From Sminthopsis crassicaudata (Eukaryota): 64,000 nt of DNA. The position numbers and the translations under genes were made by a program. Below the pieces are notes generated by a model, which saw only the letters and a list, made by a program, of their open reading frames with translations, was not told where the DNA came from and made no database searches. The stretch is taken from NCBI RefSeq assembly GCF_048593235.1, contig NC_133621.1, positions 70,857,148 to 70,921,147 on the forward strand. Reading direction: 5' to 3'. The first letter of the stretch is position 1; each line of letters opens with the position of its first letter. This document shows positions 1-13,500 of this stretch, piece after piece.

Positions 1-1559
1 ACCCTCGCACCTCCTTCTTGAGAGAAGTGTCCCAATCCTTCCAGTTCTTCCAAATTGTAGAGAGACATGTTTCAATCCACATTCTTATGATGCCTCTTGG
101 ACATGTGTTTCTTTTGGAGGCTATAGCTTCTTTCCCCTAAGAAATATATCTGGCTTAGGTCTAACAATATCATTATATAGACTCCACGAGAAAAGAAAAT
201 GCTAAAAACAAACAAATGTTCCTAATTTTTTTACTATTCAATTGTAGGAATGGGCATGCTCTTCTTGCATAGTAATAACAATTATAAGAATATGATTATT
301 TTTATTAGCATTTATATATCACTTTAAGGTTTGCAAAACATTTCATAAATACATAATGTCTTAATGTCTTATTTGTTCTTTCAACAACCCTGGGAAGTGC
401 TATTATTATCTCCTTATATTATATAGAAAAGGAAACTGAGGCAGAGCGAGTTTAAATGCTTTGCCTAGGATCTCACGGCTAGGAAATGTAGAAGGACAGT
501 TTTCAATTTAGATCTTCATGACTCCAGGTCAAGCCCTTGATGTCTATCCTCTGTGCCTTCTAGCTGCTCAGACTTTAAGAAAGTTTACCATAAAAGTCAT
601 CTTGCTCATCTTGAGCCATGGATCCTTGTTCCATCTTGCTACTCTGCTTGCCCCATGCTGTTTGGAGAAAACATATAACTTATATATAATAAACTTAAAA
701 TAGAAATGAGTTTATTAAAAGTTGATGAGATAACAGAGAGAATGCTTAAGCAGTTAACACATGGATCTTCAAGAGACTCCTGAGTCTCTGCGTAACTAAA
801 TAAACTGGGAAAAACTTTGAGTACTGGATTGGTTCTGGGAATAGTCTAAATGTATTTCAGATTTGACATTTAATCTAAAGGATTAAAGCCTGTTGTTAGA
901 TAATGATGTTGTACATGGTTTCTTTGTGAAAAGGTATGAATTACCATTATGTTAATTTATTGTTTATGACCTCTTTCCATTCGGATCACTTTCTTGAACT
1001 TGATGGTTTAATTTCAGTGCCTTTAAGAATTAATTCATGGGATTATATTTGGAGAGGCTAATCCCTCTAATGCAGATTATAACTCCCTTTGTCTAGACCT
1101 TAATTTATAGCCTTCATGAGATGACATGGCCCAAAATATTAATTGCTTTATGATTAGTCATTTGGCAGTGTTTCTCTATGAGCTTATCCAGGGTAATCCT
1201 CCAATAAAATAAACAGTCTGTTGCATGCCCTGAACTTTCCAGCTTGATGAAGCTATACAGAACTTTTTGCTCCATTGGAGTAGGTATTTAGATTTTAAGA
1301 TTTGACCCAGGCTCTGCCCACCCAGGAGTACTCGGCACTTTTGTGACTGGTGCACCTGTCCTGGGCAGTGCTGCCTGACTGGTGGCTTCTCCAGTGCCCT
1401 GGGATACCTACTGGCTCTTCATTATCTACCAAACCACCATTTCCCCCTTCCCCACTCCTTGTCCCTTTGCAGTTTTGGAGCCACAATCAAAAGAACTCTT
1501 TGCCTCTGGAAGGGGTTAGTCAATATGCTCCTCCATGGCACCACTCACCATTTCATTTC

Positions 1560-1720
1560 TTAGTCACTACTATAAGTATTGTCTCCTCAGTCAGACTGTA
1601 AGCTCTTGGAGAATAAAGACTGTCTCTGCTTTTATATTTATACATCCTGTTCTCAGTGTTGTGCTTGTTATATAGTAAGCACTCATTAGATGCTTTTCAT
1701 TTATTCATTCATTCATCTTA
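1560..1720 (+). mobile_element. L2 LINE 3' end fragment
   Basis: agactgtaagctcttggagaataaagactgtc...tagtaagcactcattagatgcttttcatttattcattcattc resembles the L2 tail. Boundaries approximate. Confidence 0.7.
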
Positions 1721-2469
1721 CCCTGGTGAAGCACACTGCAAGGAAGACTTTGGGTATCAGATGGTTCATTTTATTCATAACAAATAAGAATATGCTGAGA
1801 GCTTGAAAAAAATCATTAGGACCCTAAAAGAAAATGAGCACATTGTGTCTGTTCTTTTTGTCCAATTTTTCTTTTAGTTTTCAAGGGGGAACTGTACTTG
1901 TGAAGGAACTTTAAGTCTATGAAATAGAGGAGGAAGCTTTTGTTCTCTAGCTCTAGTGAAATTGGAGGTGTCAGAGGATTTTGGGGTGGCTGGAAAGTTT
2001 GATCCAGTGAAAAATATGAAGATTAAAAGAAATTTGTATAAGCCCTATGAATTCCATAAGTGAAAAAAATGGGAAAATTTGCTTAATTTCATTGTATTTG
2101 ACTTTTGCTCTGGGATCCAAGCAGAGGTGTGTGGGTAAATATTAACCACCAGTTTTAGGAGAAAATATATTTTCATGAAACATAAGTTTAATCTACATTT
2201 AAATTTTTTTAAATAACAATTTATTTTCCTCAATTCCATGTTAAAATATATTTTTATAAATTTAAAAATATTTTAAAAGTTTTGAGTTCCAAATTCTGTC
2301 CCTCCTTTCTCCCTCCCCTCTCCTCCTTTTCCCCATGCTTTCTTACCTCAAGTGTAAGAATGATAGAAATCAAATCCTATTCTTGAAAACTCCCAGGTTC
2401 ATAATGTCAGCGTGGCCATCCCAAGGAGGAGCTGCATTGGGGCATATATGTGGATGTTCTTTACCAAGG

Positions 2470-2470
<1 letters not shown>

Positions 2471-2509
<39 letters not shown>
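2471..2509. repeat. Poly(T) homopolymer, 39 nt
   Basis: Directly visible. Confidence 0.95.
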
Positions 2510-2999
2510 CATTAACCAGATACAGAAACTGAATCATAAAGTTGTGTGGGTAGGGAGGGCAGTTGAGGGTCTCAAAAGAGAACAGATCGAAAGTTATTGA
2601 CTAGAGTTCATTTGGACAGGTTTCCATCGTGAGATTCCTTATATGTGTACTATTATATACACATTCTCTTGATCTCTCTATTTTCATATTCCTTGGTCTT
2701 GAGATGCTTCTGTCTTTATCTCTTGAATTATTCTAGATACAAAAGACATTTTAAAACTAGGAGAGAATTTGTTTCAATTTCTTCAGTTTTCCTTTCTGTG
2801 GAACCTAATGTTCTTTCTCTTCTTTGCATCTTAATGGTACCTTTTCATAATTCATGATAGGTTTGTAATTAGAAATTAACTCTTTAATCTCTCACTAGTC
2901 ATTTGGAGACTTTATATCTATATAATAAATCTGCACCCAGTATTCTTTTACCAGTACTAAAAACTTAGTTCTCGGCAATGGTCTGGATTTTTATCATCA

Positions 3000-3660
3000 A
3001 TGAACTGTCATTTCTCAAGTGCTTTCTATGTGCCAGATATTGTGTTACATGCTGCGGACATAAAGAAAAGCAAAAGACAGTTCTCAACGAGAACATAGTC
3101 TAAGCGGGGAGATGTCACACATATAGCTATGTGCAAACAAAATAAAGACAGAGTAAGTAGCAGATAACCTCAAAGGGAAGGTGCTAAGATGAAGGAAGCT
3201 TGGGAAAGACTTGTAGAAAGTGGAACTTTATTTGAGATTTAAAGAAAAGGAGAGATGAGGATGGAAAACATTCCAGGCACGTGACCCAGCCAGGGAAAAT
3301 GAGAGATGGAGATGGGAAATGGGTGGAAAGGAACAAGAATAGGTCAGTGCCACTGGCTTGAAGAATGGCATATTGAGTAGGAATTATAAAGTGTAATAAG
3401 ACAGGGAAGGTAGAGAGGATCAGGTTATGAATGACATTGAAAAGATAAAAGATTTTATATTGGATATTAGAAGCAGAAGGGAGCTATTGAAGCTTATTTG
3501 AACCTAAGGTAGTGACATGATCAGACCTTGTATTTTAGGAAGATTGATTGGAGAGCGAGATTGAGAATGGGGTGAAAGAGGGAGAGAATTGAGGCAGGAA
3601 GGTTAATGAGCAGGCTATTGCAGTTGTCAGGCTGAGATGATAGAGCTCATAATAGGATGG
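3000..3660 (-). mobile_element. Degenerate L2 fragment
   Basis: Purine-rich stretch with antisense L2 motifs (ctatgtgccagatattgtgtta, cattccaggca, ggctattgcagttgtcagg). Boundaries approximate. Confidence 0.6.
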
Positions 3661-4734
3661 TGGCAGTGTTTTGGACCCCATCCTCAATAATAATGATATA
3701 TATGTATTCATCTTTAATTATATCTATATATTTGAATATAATAAATTAATAGGACTTTTTAGAGTAGATCTGTGAGTCGCTGGGGCTTTCTTGAAGTGGA
3801 GCTATTAAATTTCTTTTTATCTTAGATATCAGAAAAACTGGCTGTGCTTGGAGACTTTATCTCTGAATTCATAACTAGATGGGAATCCCCAGCACAACAG
3901 GACGTTGTCTCTTCACCATGATGGTTTATCTGATCAGACCTTTCCTGCTAGATGTAATTAATCAGATATTTTATGCAAAGCCAAAGTGATTTTTCTCTGC
4001 AACACTTGTTATTAGCAAACAGATGTTATGACCCATTTAAAAAGAAAGACATTTCTATGCTTAAGATGTGTTCTTCTGCTTGGGAAGGGATAGATCATTC
4101 TTTTTACTTAATGCCAGTAGCAATACTGTCATTGCTGTTGCGGGGGAGGGAGAGAGAACTGAAGTTGCCCCCAATTTTTATATTCCTTGACTCTGTTTTG
4201 CCCATCATTTCTGGTGTTAGATTTAAACTGTTGAAAATGGGTTTTAAAAAAATCATCTTGAGAATAGTGCTAATGAGAGGCAGCATGGAGTCAATCCTTC
4301 ACCAGATAAGTAGGTTGTGTTGGATAAAAAGCCCTCTCCAGAGCTGGGAAGACCTAGACTCCAGGCCTACTATCACTCTGGGCAAATCACTTAATCTCTC
4401 ACGACCCTAGGCATTTGTTCCATACTGCCAGAGTAGGTGCCGGTCTTGCATTGGAGGGAGGAATTTTCTCAGTGAGAATTCCTTTTTTTACTAGTGAAAT
4501 ATCAAATCTGAATAAAGTTACCTTTTTAAATAAATAGAATAGAATCAACCTAGAAGGAAGGTGCAACCACATTTCTAAAATATTACTTGAAATAATTACA
4601 TAAATGAAAACTATTTGTCCAGTACATGGTATCATGGTGGAGTATACTAGAAATAAAGATATGGCCCAACTTTTTCCTAGAGTTTCAGAGAAATAGGATT
4701 GCCTAATGTGGGAGTTGGTTCTCTGACTTGGCTC

Positions 4735-5622
4735 ATATTTTATTTTATCTTTATTATCAAAGCTTTTTATTTTCAAAACATATGCATAGATATTTTCAGC
4801 ATTCACCCCTGCAAACCCCTGTGTTCCAAAATTTTCCCTCCCTTCTCTCCACTCCCTCCCTTGACTGCAAATAATCTAGTATATGTTAAATTCTTCTATA
4901 TATATTTCAATATTTATCATGCTGCACAAGAAAAATTAGAACAAAAAGGAAAAAAAAAGAAAACAAAATGCAAGCAAACAACAAAAAGAGTGAAAATAGT
5001 ATGTTGTAGTCCACACTTAGTCCCCACAGTGTTCTCTCTGGGTGCAGATGGCTCTCTCCATCACAAGATCATTGAAACTAGCCTTGAATCACCTCGCTGT
5101 TGAAAAGAGCCGTGTCCATCAGAATTTATCATTGCATAATCATCTTGTTGCCGTGTACGTTGCTCACTTGGTTCTACTCACTTCACTTAGCATCAGTTCA
5201 TGTAAGTCTCTTCAGGCCTCTCTGAAATCATCCTCTTGATCATTTCTTATAGAACAATAATATTCCATAACATTCACATACCATAATTTGTTCAGCCATT
5301 CTCCAATTGATGGGCATCCACTCAGTCTCCACTTTCTTGCCACTCCAAAAAGGGCTACCACAAACATTTTGTACATGTGAGTCCTGTTTCCTTTTTTAAG
5401 ACCTCTTGGGCTCCAGGCCCAGTAGAGACACTGCTGAATGAAAGAGTATGCACAATCTGATAGCCCTTTGGGCATAGTTTTATATTGCTCTCCAGAAGGG
5501 TTGGATCAGTTCACAATTCTATCAATAATGTGTTATTGTCCTAGTTTCCCCATATTCCCTCCAACATTTGTTATTATTTTTTCTTGTCATCTTAGCCAAT
5601 CTTAGAGATGTATATTGATACC
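4735..5622 (-). mobile_element. L1 3' fragment (ORF2 C-terminus plus 3'UTR)
   Basis: Minus ORF 5212..5475 contains MFVVALFGVARKWRLSGCPSIGEWLNKLWYVNVMEYY, the L1 ORF2 C-terminal motif. Marsupial L1 3'UTR and a T-rich tail lie at the left end. Confidence 0.92.
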
Positions 5623-6521
5623 TTCTGAATAGATTTTTGAGGAAGATTCAGGGAAAGGAGAAGAAAATAATTGCAACATTTTTTTCCTCTAGAAGAACCT
5701 GGGATAGGTTAAAATTCAAAATGGTACAAGTATATAGAAAACCTTCAACACACAATGGATGCTCAAAGAAATGTCATCATGAGTAAAGATGGGGATTCTG
5801 TTTGGGGAACAATCATCTAACATGTCTAATGAGATCTAGTCCAGCCTTGCATTAGCCTTATTAGTCACGAAATGTCCCTTTGATACCCTGGTAGGAAGCC
5901 TCAAATGTATCCTAGCCCTGCCTAACACAAGTTAGCTTTGTGCTCTTGGCCAAGTCATGACGTCTTTAAATTTTTCTCTTCTGGTTGAACAGAAACAAGA
6001 TCCCTTTTGGCTGAAATGTTTTGTTTTTCTGTAGTTCTTTAACTCTGCTTAGATATTTAGCTCATTAATTTCTCCATAGGGGAAAAAAAATCTATCACCA
6101 TGAACTGACACTTACGGGAAACACCTGTTTTGTTCTGTAAGTCAGTTGGTGGTTGTGTCTTCATTTTGCACTCATATTTGCAAAAGACTAAAGAATATAA
6201 GATAGTATTTTGCAGGTGTGTTGAATGTCTTAGAACCCCGGTAGGTTTTCCTTGGGAATTAAGGATATATTTGTCTTCATAATATTTTTTAAATGATTAA
6301 GACTAATTAAAATTTTCAGGTTTCTAAACCATTGACTAAAAATATAATTATTTCTCTTTTTAATTAATTTAAAGCATTGGTTAAAGTAATCTTATATTTT
6401 GTTGCTTTATTTTTCTTGCCCAAATTCTAAAACTTGCACCTGGATGTGCTTCCTCAAACTCCCATTAAGAAATAAGCTCTTCATAATCATCCAGCTGGTA
6501 AATGCTCACATCCAGGATTCT

Positions 6522-6569
6522 CTTCAGTTTCACCAAAAACTTCAGTTTCACCAAAAACTTCAGTTTCAC
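6522..6569. repeat. 18-bp tandem repeat (cttcagtttcaccaaaaa) x2.7
   Basis: Perfect copies at 6522-6539 and 6540-6557, partial copy at 6558-6569. Confidence 0.95.
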
Positions 6570-7329
6570 AAACTGTTGCTCAGATACATTGTTGGATCTT
6601 ATGGACACCTCTGTTGTAGCCAGTTTGTACTGGTTTGCTTGAGACCTGATTTCTAATTTTTCACTGTGAGCATTTGTACCTCAGAACAAATTAGGACTTG
6701 AATTATTATAGTATTGGGGGTCTCGACTTAAGAAAGTGGTGGAGAAAATGTTAATGCTAGTTTAAACTTAAAAGTGGGTCATAAAATTTTTCTTGGAAGA
6801 TCTGATTGTTAAACTTTACTAGCACATACCTCTGTTTTCATGTTTGTGTCTATTTGTGATGTGTTTAACATATCACCAATATTGCCACTGATTTAATTAC
6901 TCTCATGGCTCACCTAAGTGGGGAATGTAAAAGTAGCAAAAAGGGCAAAGATGGAAATTTCTATAGACCCAACTCACTTTAATTAATTGCTCCTTTATGT
7001 CCTTTTCTTCTCTTAACTACTCAGAATAGGAGGGAATGACATGATGATCAGTTGCTTTATTTTTAGCATCTATGTTCCTTGCAGTTGATTTCCCAATCTC
7101 AGTATAGTAGGAGCTTCTCCTGGGTCATGTCAGATACTGGGTTTTAGTCAATTAGATCCTTATAGTAAATTGGATTGAAGACTGCCCTTTTCAGAATTAG
7201 GCCCCCCAGGTTGCTGTCCTGTCCTTTGATGGGAACTTTTCTAGGATTTGGTCTTTCAGCTCCACAAATCTGGAACTTTAGTAGCTCCTACAGGATTTAT
7301 TATATTCTCCTAAAACTATGTATGTCACA

Positions 7330-7820
7330 TTATTCCAAGTTGAACAAGGTACATCTGCACCATAATATAAGTTTGCTAATTTTCAGTGAGTAATATCCTT
7401 TTCTTGTGACCAAATATTCTTATTCCCCATCAAGGGCTTCTTCCTTCTTGACATCAAGTCAAATTTATAATTAAGTTGCTTGGTGAGCATTAGTACCTTA
7501 TGGAAATATTTCAATCACATAGAACCTGGTGAGCTTTTCTCATCCCTCTGTCATATTTACTTTTCTAGCAAATAAGGTATTTTTGCTTACCAGATAATGG
7601 CCTTTTTCCCCCCTCTTTGTTAATGCTGAAGCATCATTGACAAATTCTTACTCTCCATCCTAATTTTTTCCAAACTTCATTTTTTTGAGTAGCTTTTCCT
7701 ATTAACAGTTCATTATCTTATGGGAAGAATTTGTATGGGAGATTTCTCTTAGACAACTATTCTTATCCATGATGGTGGATTTTTGTGAATTTGAGTAAGA
7801 TAGTTGTCCTCTGATTTTGT
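7330..7820 (-). mobile_element. Old L3/CR1-like fragment
   Basis: Degenerate resemblance to antisense CR1 ORF2, by recall only. Boundaries approximate. Confidence 0.4.
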
Positions 7821-8486
7821 TATTTGTCCCTTTTCTAGACCTTCCTCAGTTTCATTTTGTCCTAGACATGGGAAGTCCTCCCCTCCCCTTTTTCTTTTTT
7901 CCTTCTGGACTTCAATTTACTGAATTTAGTTTCCTGCTATAATAGTTTTTTACCCTGAGTCCATTTGCACATAGAGGAGGATGGGTGGGGTCAGGGACTT
8001 TGCCCATATTCCTGGCATATGTGAGAATCACAGGGATGGCTAAGAATCAGGGTCTGACTGTAATTACATTAGTCTGGTAAAAAATGATGAATCTGGGACA
8101 TTAACTAAAGAGATTCCTTTATACATTTGGGAGTCATGCAAAGGATCTTTAACTCTCAGGACCAGAGCTGGGAAGGACTTCACAGGCTATGTCAACTTTC
8201 TTTTATAGTTGAGAAAATCAACACTCAGTGAGGTTGTGATTTACCCAAAGTCACATAGAGAGTAAATGACAAGCAAGATTTAAAGTCAGGTTCTTTAACA
8301 CCAGGGCCAGTGCTTACATAAGAGAAATTATAAGAGAATCCAACCAAATTCAAATCCAGATGTCCCAGGAGAAGTTCTCTGAGCTCACAGTGACCCCTGG
8401 GAAATGAAAACCATCTGAATTTAGTTAGCATTTTGTGCTTTCTTTGACCCCAGCCTTTTATATTCCATAATTAATTTATTTCTTAT

Positions 8487-8489
<3 letters not shown>

Positions 8490-8567
<78 letters not shown>
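8490..8567. repeat. Compound microsatellite (TG)15 followed by (AG)n
   Basis: Directly visible. Confidence 0.97.
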
Positions 8568-8570
<3 letters not shown>

Positions 8571-9009
8571 CTACTGCTAGTCTGAGTCTTTCATTAGCTT
8601 TTACAAAGCCAAATCCAAATTTATATCACCTAAAATATTCCTAGTATCTCTGAAGCCAGAAGGTACTAGTGAACATATATTCAGTTCACTTCAGAATGAG
8701 CAGAGTTCTATATCCAAGCCTCTGGAATTCTGTTTTGAATAAAGACCTCATTACAACCTCTTGTATAGGATTTTATAGAGAAAGTTGCCAGAACTGCCTT
8801 ACCTGCTGCCTTAAACATATATTAGATAACTGATTAATGTTTGTTGATTGAATGAATCCATTGTGGCATAGTGGATAAAAGGCTGAATTTGAAGCCACTG
8901 GATTGGAGTTGATCTTAGACTTGTTTTTCCCTTCTGCTGTGACATGTAGGTTACTCCATATATTTCTGGATCTTATTTTTTTTTCTCCTTTATAAAAAAA
9001 GTTAAATTA

Positions 9010-9165
9010 AGTCAATGGCATCAAATTCAGATAGAATTAGGGGCCGCTAAACCATTAATAAGAATTTGTAAAAGGCATAGTGACTTAGAAAACCACATAT
9101 TAAATTATCCATGTTGTTTTCTAGTTTTAATTTGGTTCTGGCTGCACCCTGGAGTGTTGGGGGCT
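9010..9165 (+). mobile_element. Fragment of a marsupial hAT-like MITE
   Basis: caaattcagatagaattaggggccgctaaacca...gacttagaaaaccacatattaa...ggttctggctgcac resembles a common marsupial non-autonomous DNA element. Termini are not clearly intact. Confidence 0.45.
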
Positions 9166-10589
9166 AATGTGGATTTGATCCCTCTGGACTGGATAACCTT
9201 TGAAATCCCTTCCAACTCTCCATCTATGATCCTGAGCTCTGAATTGCATTCCTTTGAAATGACGTGTGGATGATAGTTTTTACCCATCTAATTGGCAGAT
9301 GTCTTTAGGTGACAAGGTGTCAGGGAAATAGCTTTAGATCTTTGATTGGGAGGCCTGCTTTCTAGTCTCAGCCCTGCTCTTGACTTGGCCAAATCCTTTT
9401 GTTGTCTCAAAGGGGTAGTTTTCCTCATTTGTAAACTTAACAGGTAACATCAGATGATCTCCATTGTCGTTTCTAGTTGTAAAATCCCATGATCCTATTT
9501 GCCTCATCTTGTGTAATTCCCCATTTCAAAAAAAAGTAATATTAGTTTGATCAATTCAGGGACCAGGGACAAAGGAGGGAAGGGTAAGAAAAGAACAATA
9601 GTAGTCCACTCTGTTTTAGGGTCAGGCTTATGTTGCCTATATTAGCAGAGATCCTGGATTATTTTTAAAAGAAATGGATCCTTTTGGCAGTTTGCTAAAG
9701 CCTATGGATTCTTAAAAATAAATATTTTTAAAATGCATGAAATGAAATACATAGGATTGGAAAAAAACACCTGGTAATACTTAAGGACAGTTATCAAAAT
9801 ATTTTTAAAAGACCATAATTTAATAAATCTTGGATTAGATAATCTCTAAGAACCTTTCCAGCTTTAAATTCTGCATGTTCTCTGCCCTCAAAGAGCTTCA
9901 GCAAAGTAGGAATCAGAATTTAGAGCCAGAAGGAATTTTACACAATTAATGATTTAATTCCTCTTTTATCAGATCAATAAATTGACAAATTATAACTTGC
10001 CATATCTACACAGATAGCCAGTAGCTAAGGTGATCTCAAACTCCAAATTAAGTGTTCTTTTCACTATATAGTAGGCTGTCATTTGCTCTTTGTGTGTTAT
10101 GGGGTGGTGGTAGAATTATTTTAAAAAACCAATCATTTTTAAAAGTGCCCAATGCTTTTTGAAAGTTCCATTGCTATGGATTACAATTATTACTATATTC
10201 GATTTAAAATTCATGAATTAGTATTTACATTTTTAAATTATCATTATTTGTGATGACTGCATTAGCATCCTGGATGTTAGAATCAGCCGGAGTCAGGATA
10301 AGCAAAAGTCCTTGGTCTTTATTCTTGGTCTTTATCGGTAGAAGTGAAGGGAATGGAAGAGTAGGATCTCTGAGACCTCACCTCTTCCTCTCTGGCCCAG
10401 AAGTGTCTCTGGCTAGTCTCCCTGAACCCCCTAGTCCCTCCCACAATTTTCTGTTTACACCAAACAATTGGGCCAGCACAGGATAGTGGGAAACGCCATT
10501 TTCTAAGCATATTCTTAGAGTAATGTCCAATTGGTAATTAGCCTCAAGTGCTAGGTTGTCCAACCCCAGTACAATGACTCAAGAGTTTC

Positions 10590-10750
10590 AGCCCTTTACA
10601 GTTATTTTTATTTTGAGGAGTCAATTGTGGTTAAGTGACTTCCCCAGGATCAATAGCTAGTAAGTGATAAGTGTCTGAAGCCACATTTGAACTCTGGTCC
10701 TCTTGACTCCAGGGCCAGTGCTCTATCCATTTTGCCATCTAGCTATCTCC
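10590..10750 (-). mobile_element. CORE-SINE (MIR/marsupial SINE)
   Basis: ggttaagtgacttccccagg...atttgaactctggtcctcttgactccagggccagtgctctatcca is the antisense tRNA head plus CORE. Confidence 0.85.
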
Positions 10751-11559
10751 ATCTTAATATTTTTTAAAAAATATCAAAACATCTTATAAATTGAATCTGA
10801 GACAATATTGACGTCTTAACACACTCCTTCTGTATAACTAAAACATAATTAAGACTATAATCTTCTAAAAAGGGAAATGTGACTATTAATGTGTTCAGTT
10901 ACTCAGGAACTCTGAAAACAACAGAAATTTTGACAGTTGTATTAAAACCAATCTAAGGATACAGAGCATTAAAAAATTAAAATGCCTCATTACAGATGAC
11001 TTGGCATCTCTCTTCTATAATAATAAAACAAAGCCGCTAATGCACTCAGCCTTTCGGGGCTGATTATTCAGTGATTTCCTTATTTGATTTCTCTTTAGAG
11101 AGAGTGACAGAAAGAAACAGACAAAAAGAGGGAGAGACATTCTGTATTTGAGGAGGATACTTTGGAATATTGCTTGTTGGTTAATTAATCAGTAAAAATT
11201 TGACCATTGAATCAAGATTGGGGAAAATAAAAGACAGAAATTTACATTCAGAGCCTTATAGATATGTTTTTATCCTTAATTAGCTCAGGATTTTTTTTTT
11301 AAGTCTTTTGGTGAGACTAGCTACAAGCTGTGTCATTTTCTCACATCACTACCACCACCACCACCATCATCATCATTATTTTACTATTATATCTTAAGTT
11401 TTCTCTTTAGGGATCTTACAATAAATCATGCTGTTTAGTGCAGGTAGTACAAGAGGGTTATAAGTGTCCTGGTACCTACTAATTGGTTAGTAGAAAAATG
11501 TAACTTCTGAAAAGCTGTGGTATGAGAGTGTGACAGACTCTCACTTTCCTTTGGCTAGA

Positions 11560-12370
11560 AGCTATGCTTCTCTTATTGTACCCTAATTAGCTTTTTTTTT
11601 TGGCTGCCACAGCACATAGTAAGCTCTTTATAAGTGACTGACATCCCACTGCTAACTAATAGTGAGCTTGTAGTCCACTGAAAACTATAGATTTTTTTTT
11701 TCCAGAACGACTGATGATTAACGATTCTTCTCCCACTTTAAACTAATCTAGTTATTTTTTATTTGGACCCAAGTATAAGTCATATACCCCTCTTTAGTTT
11801 CATCTTCTTAGATGAGTTAGATCAAATGAGTTAATAATTGTAAATTGCTTAGTTAGTACAGTGCCTGGCATATAGTAAGTGCTATATAATTGTTATGGTT
11901 GTTTTTGTTATTGTTATTAAACCCAGTGCTTCTGGCTTTTCAAGACACTCTTAGACTCTGATTATGTCTTCTATTATGTTAATTGCCTCTCTGGACTTTT
12001 TATCAACTGCAGATTTAATGAGCATACTCTCTATGCTCTTATCCAAGTCACTGATAAAAATTAAACAGCATAGATTCCAGTATAGATGCCCGAGGCACTC
12101 CTCTGGAGACTTCCTCCCAACTTGACATTAAATTTGGATTTATATGATTTTATTATCTTTTAATTGGCATCCCCTTTTCCCACATGAATAATATGAGACT
12201 TTATCAAAAGCTTTGCTAAAATTTAAGTAACATATCCTTAGCATTCCCCTTATCTATTAGTTTAGCAATCCTATTAAGAAAGGAAATGAATTTAATCTGG
12301 CATGATCTGGTTTTGTTTGTTTTGTTTTGTTTTTTAAAATGAAACTGCACTGGTTCTTTGCTCTCCAGGA
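11560..12370 (-). mobile_element. L3/CR1 LINE RT fragment (interrupted by a MIR tail)
   Basis: gagactttatcaaaagctttgctaaaatt...aaaggaaatgaatttaatctggcatgatc is the antisense CR1 RT region (DFSKAFD motif). Boundaries approximate. Confidence 0.75.
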
Positions 12371-12419
12371 GACTGGGAACTGAAGGAAAATTTGTTCATC
12401 CTGATAAGGTAGTTTGTTG

Positions 12420-12748
12420 ATTGATGTTGCTTGTCGTTCATTCTGCAATGACATACAAGTGTCATTTTAGTGAGGGAGGGCTATGCAAAGTTACCAGCTT
12501 CACTTTCTCCAACAGAGCCGTCTGGGTCCAGTGGCAAGATATAGATCAGGATGACCTGAGATGGCCCTGGATCTAGTGGAAGAGTAAAGTGTGGGAGTCT
12601 ATTAAGCCTAATAATTGATTAATAATATTAAACTAATTAAGGTCTCCATTTGACTGAGGCAATGCCCAATCAGTGATTAAGGCTATGTAGGAAATGAAGC
12701 AGAGAATGCCTTCTTTTACCTAGTCAAAGGGGGAAAAAAAAAAAAAAG
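12420..12748 (+). mobile_element. RTE 5'UTR-derived non-autonomous element with A-rich tail
   Basis: agtgagggagggctatgcaaagttaccagcttcac...ctgggtccagtggcaagatatagatcaggatgac...cttttacctagtc followed by poly(A). Related to copies at 51010-51500 and 56245-56455. Confidence 0.8.
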
Positions 12749-13229
12749 ATTGTAGATTAGCTTAGCTCAATTAAGTTGACTTTTCACACCTGTTAAATTT
12801 CTTCAAGACAAGTGATTATGGCTTATTTATTGGTGTTTATTGCAGCCTCTTAAGAATGATATGTGCTGAGTTATAGTTATTTGATTAATTGACTAGGATA
12901 TGCCCTAGGAAACTCTTTCGGTACAGGGAGTTCCTTGAAAGGGTTATACTTTCCACCAAAGCAGGATACATTGTAGGTGCTTAACAAATATTTATTGATT
13001 CATTGACAGTGCCTTCTCTATAAATTGTGGTCTTAGTGAGGTATATGGAGCAGAGATGTCACACACAGGGTATTGGGAGTCCCTAACATTCCTGCATGCC
13101 TCTGAAGCAGATTAATATGTAATTGAAGGTAAGATGATCAGCTATGAATGCTTTGACTATTTTCAGCAACACAGTGATTCAAGACAATCTGAAGGATTTA
13201 TGATGAAAAATGCTATCCCAAATCCAGAG

Positions 13230-13500
13230 AAAGAACTGATTGTGTCTGAATACAATTTGAAGAAAATTTTTAAAACTTTATTTTTCTTAAATTTTTTTTT
13301 GAGGGGGACGCATATTTATATTTTCTGTCACAACATGACTTTTTCTTATGAAAATGTTTTACATGACTTCCCATGTAACTTCTCAATGTAAGGAGTGGGC
13401 AGGGAGGAAGTGAAAGAATCTGAAACTCAAAGTTTTAAAAACAAAAAAAATTGTTTTACATATAAATGGGGGGAATAAAATGCTAAATAATGGGGGGGAA
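13230..13500 (+). mobile_element. Old L1 3'UTR fragment
   Basis: Contains gggaggaagtgaaagaatctgaaactcaaagttttaaaa...aataaaa, a marsupial L1 3' terminus. Confidence 0.7.

Noticed and set aside
2471-2509. T39 as the tail of a processed pseudogene
   Set aside because: No adjacent poly(A) signal, ORF or TSD identified; treated as a simple homopolymer.
3860-3905. Scattered resemblance (gaattca...agat...ccagcacaa...ggacg) to recalled human CCNY exon 2
   Set aside because: It does not encode [25 protein letters not shown] in any frame and has no GT donor after ggacg. Chance similarity; true exon 2 is probably upstream of the window.
3973-5103. Longest supplied ORFs (145, 135, 134 aa)
   Set aside because: They run through SINE/L1 sequence with low-complexity translations and no domain signature.
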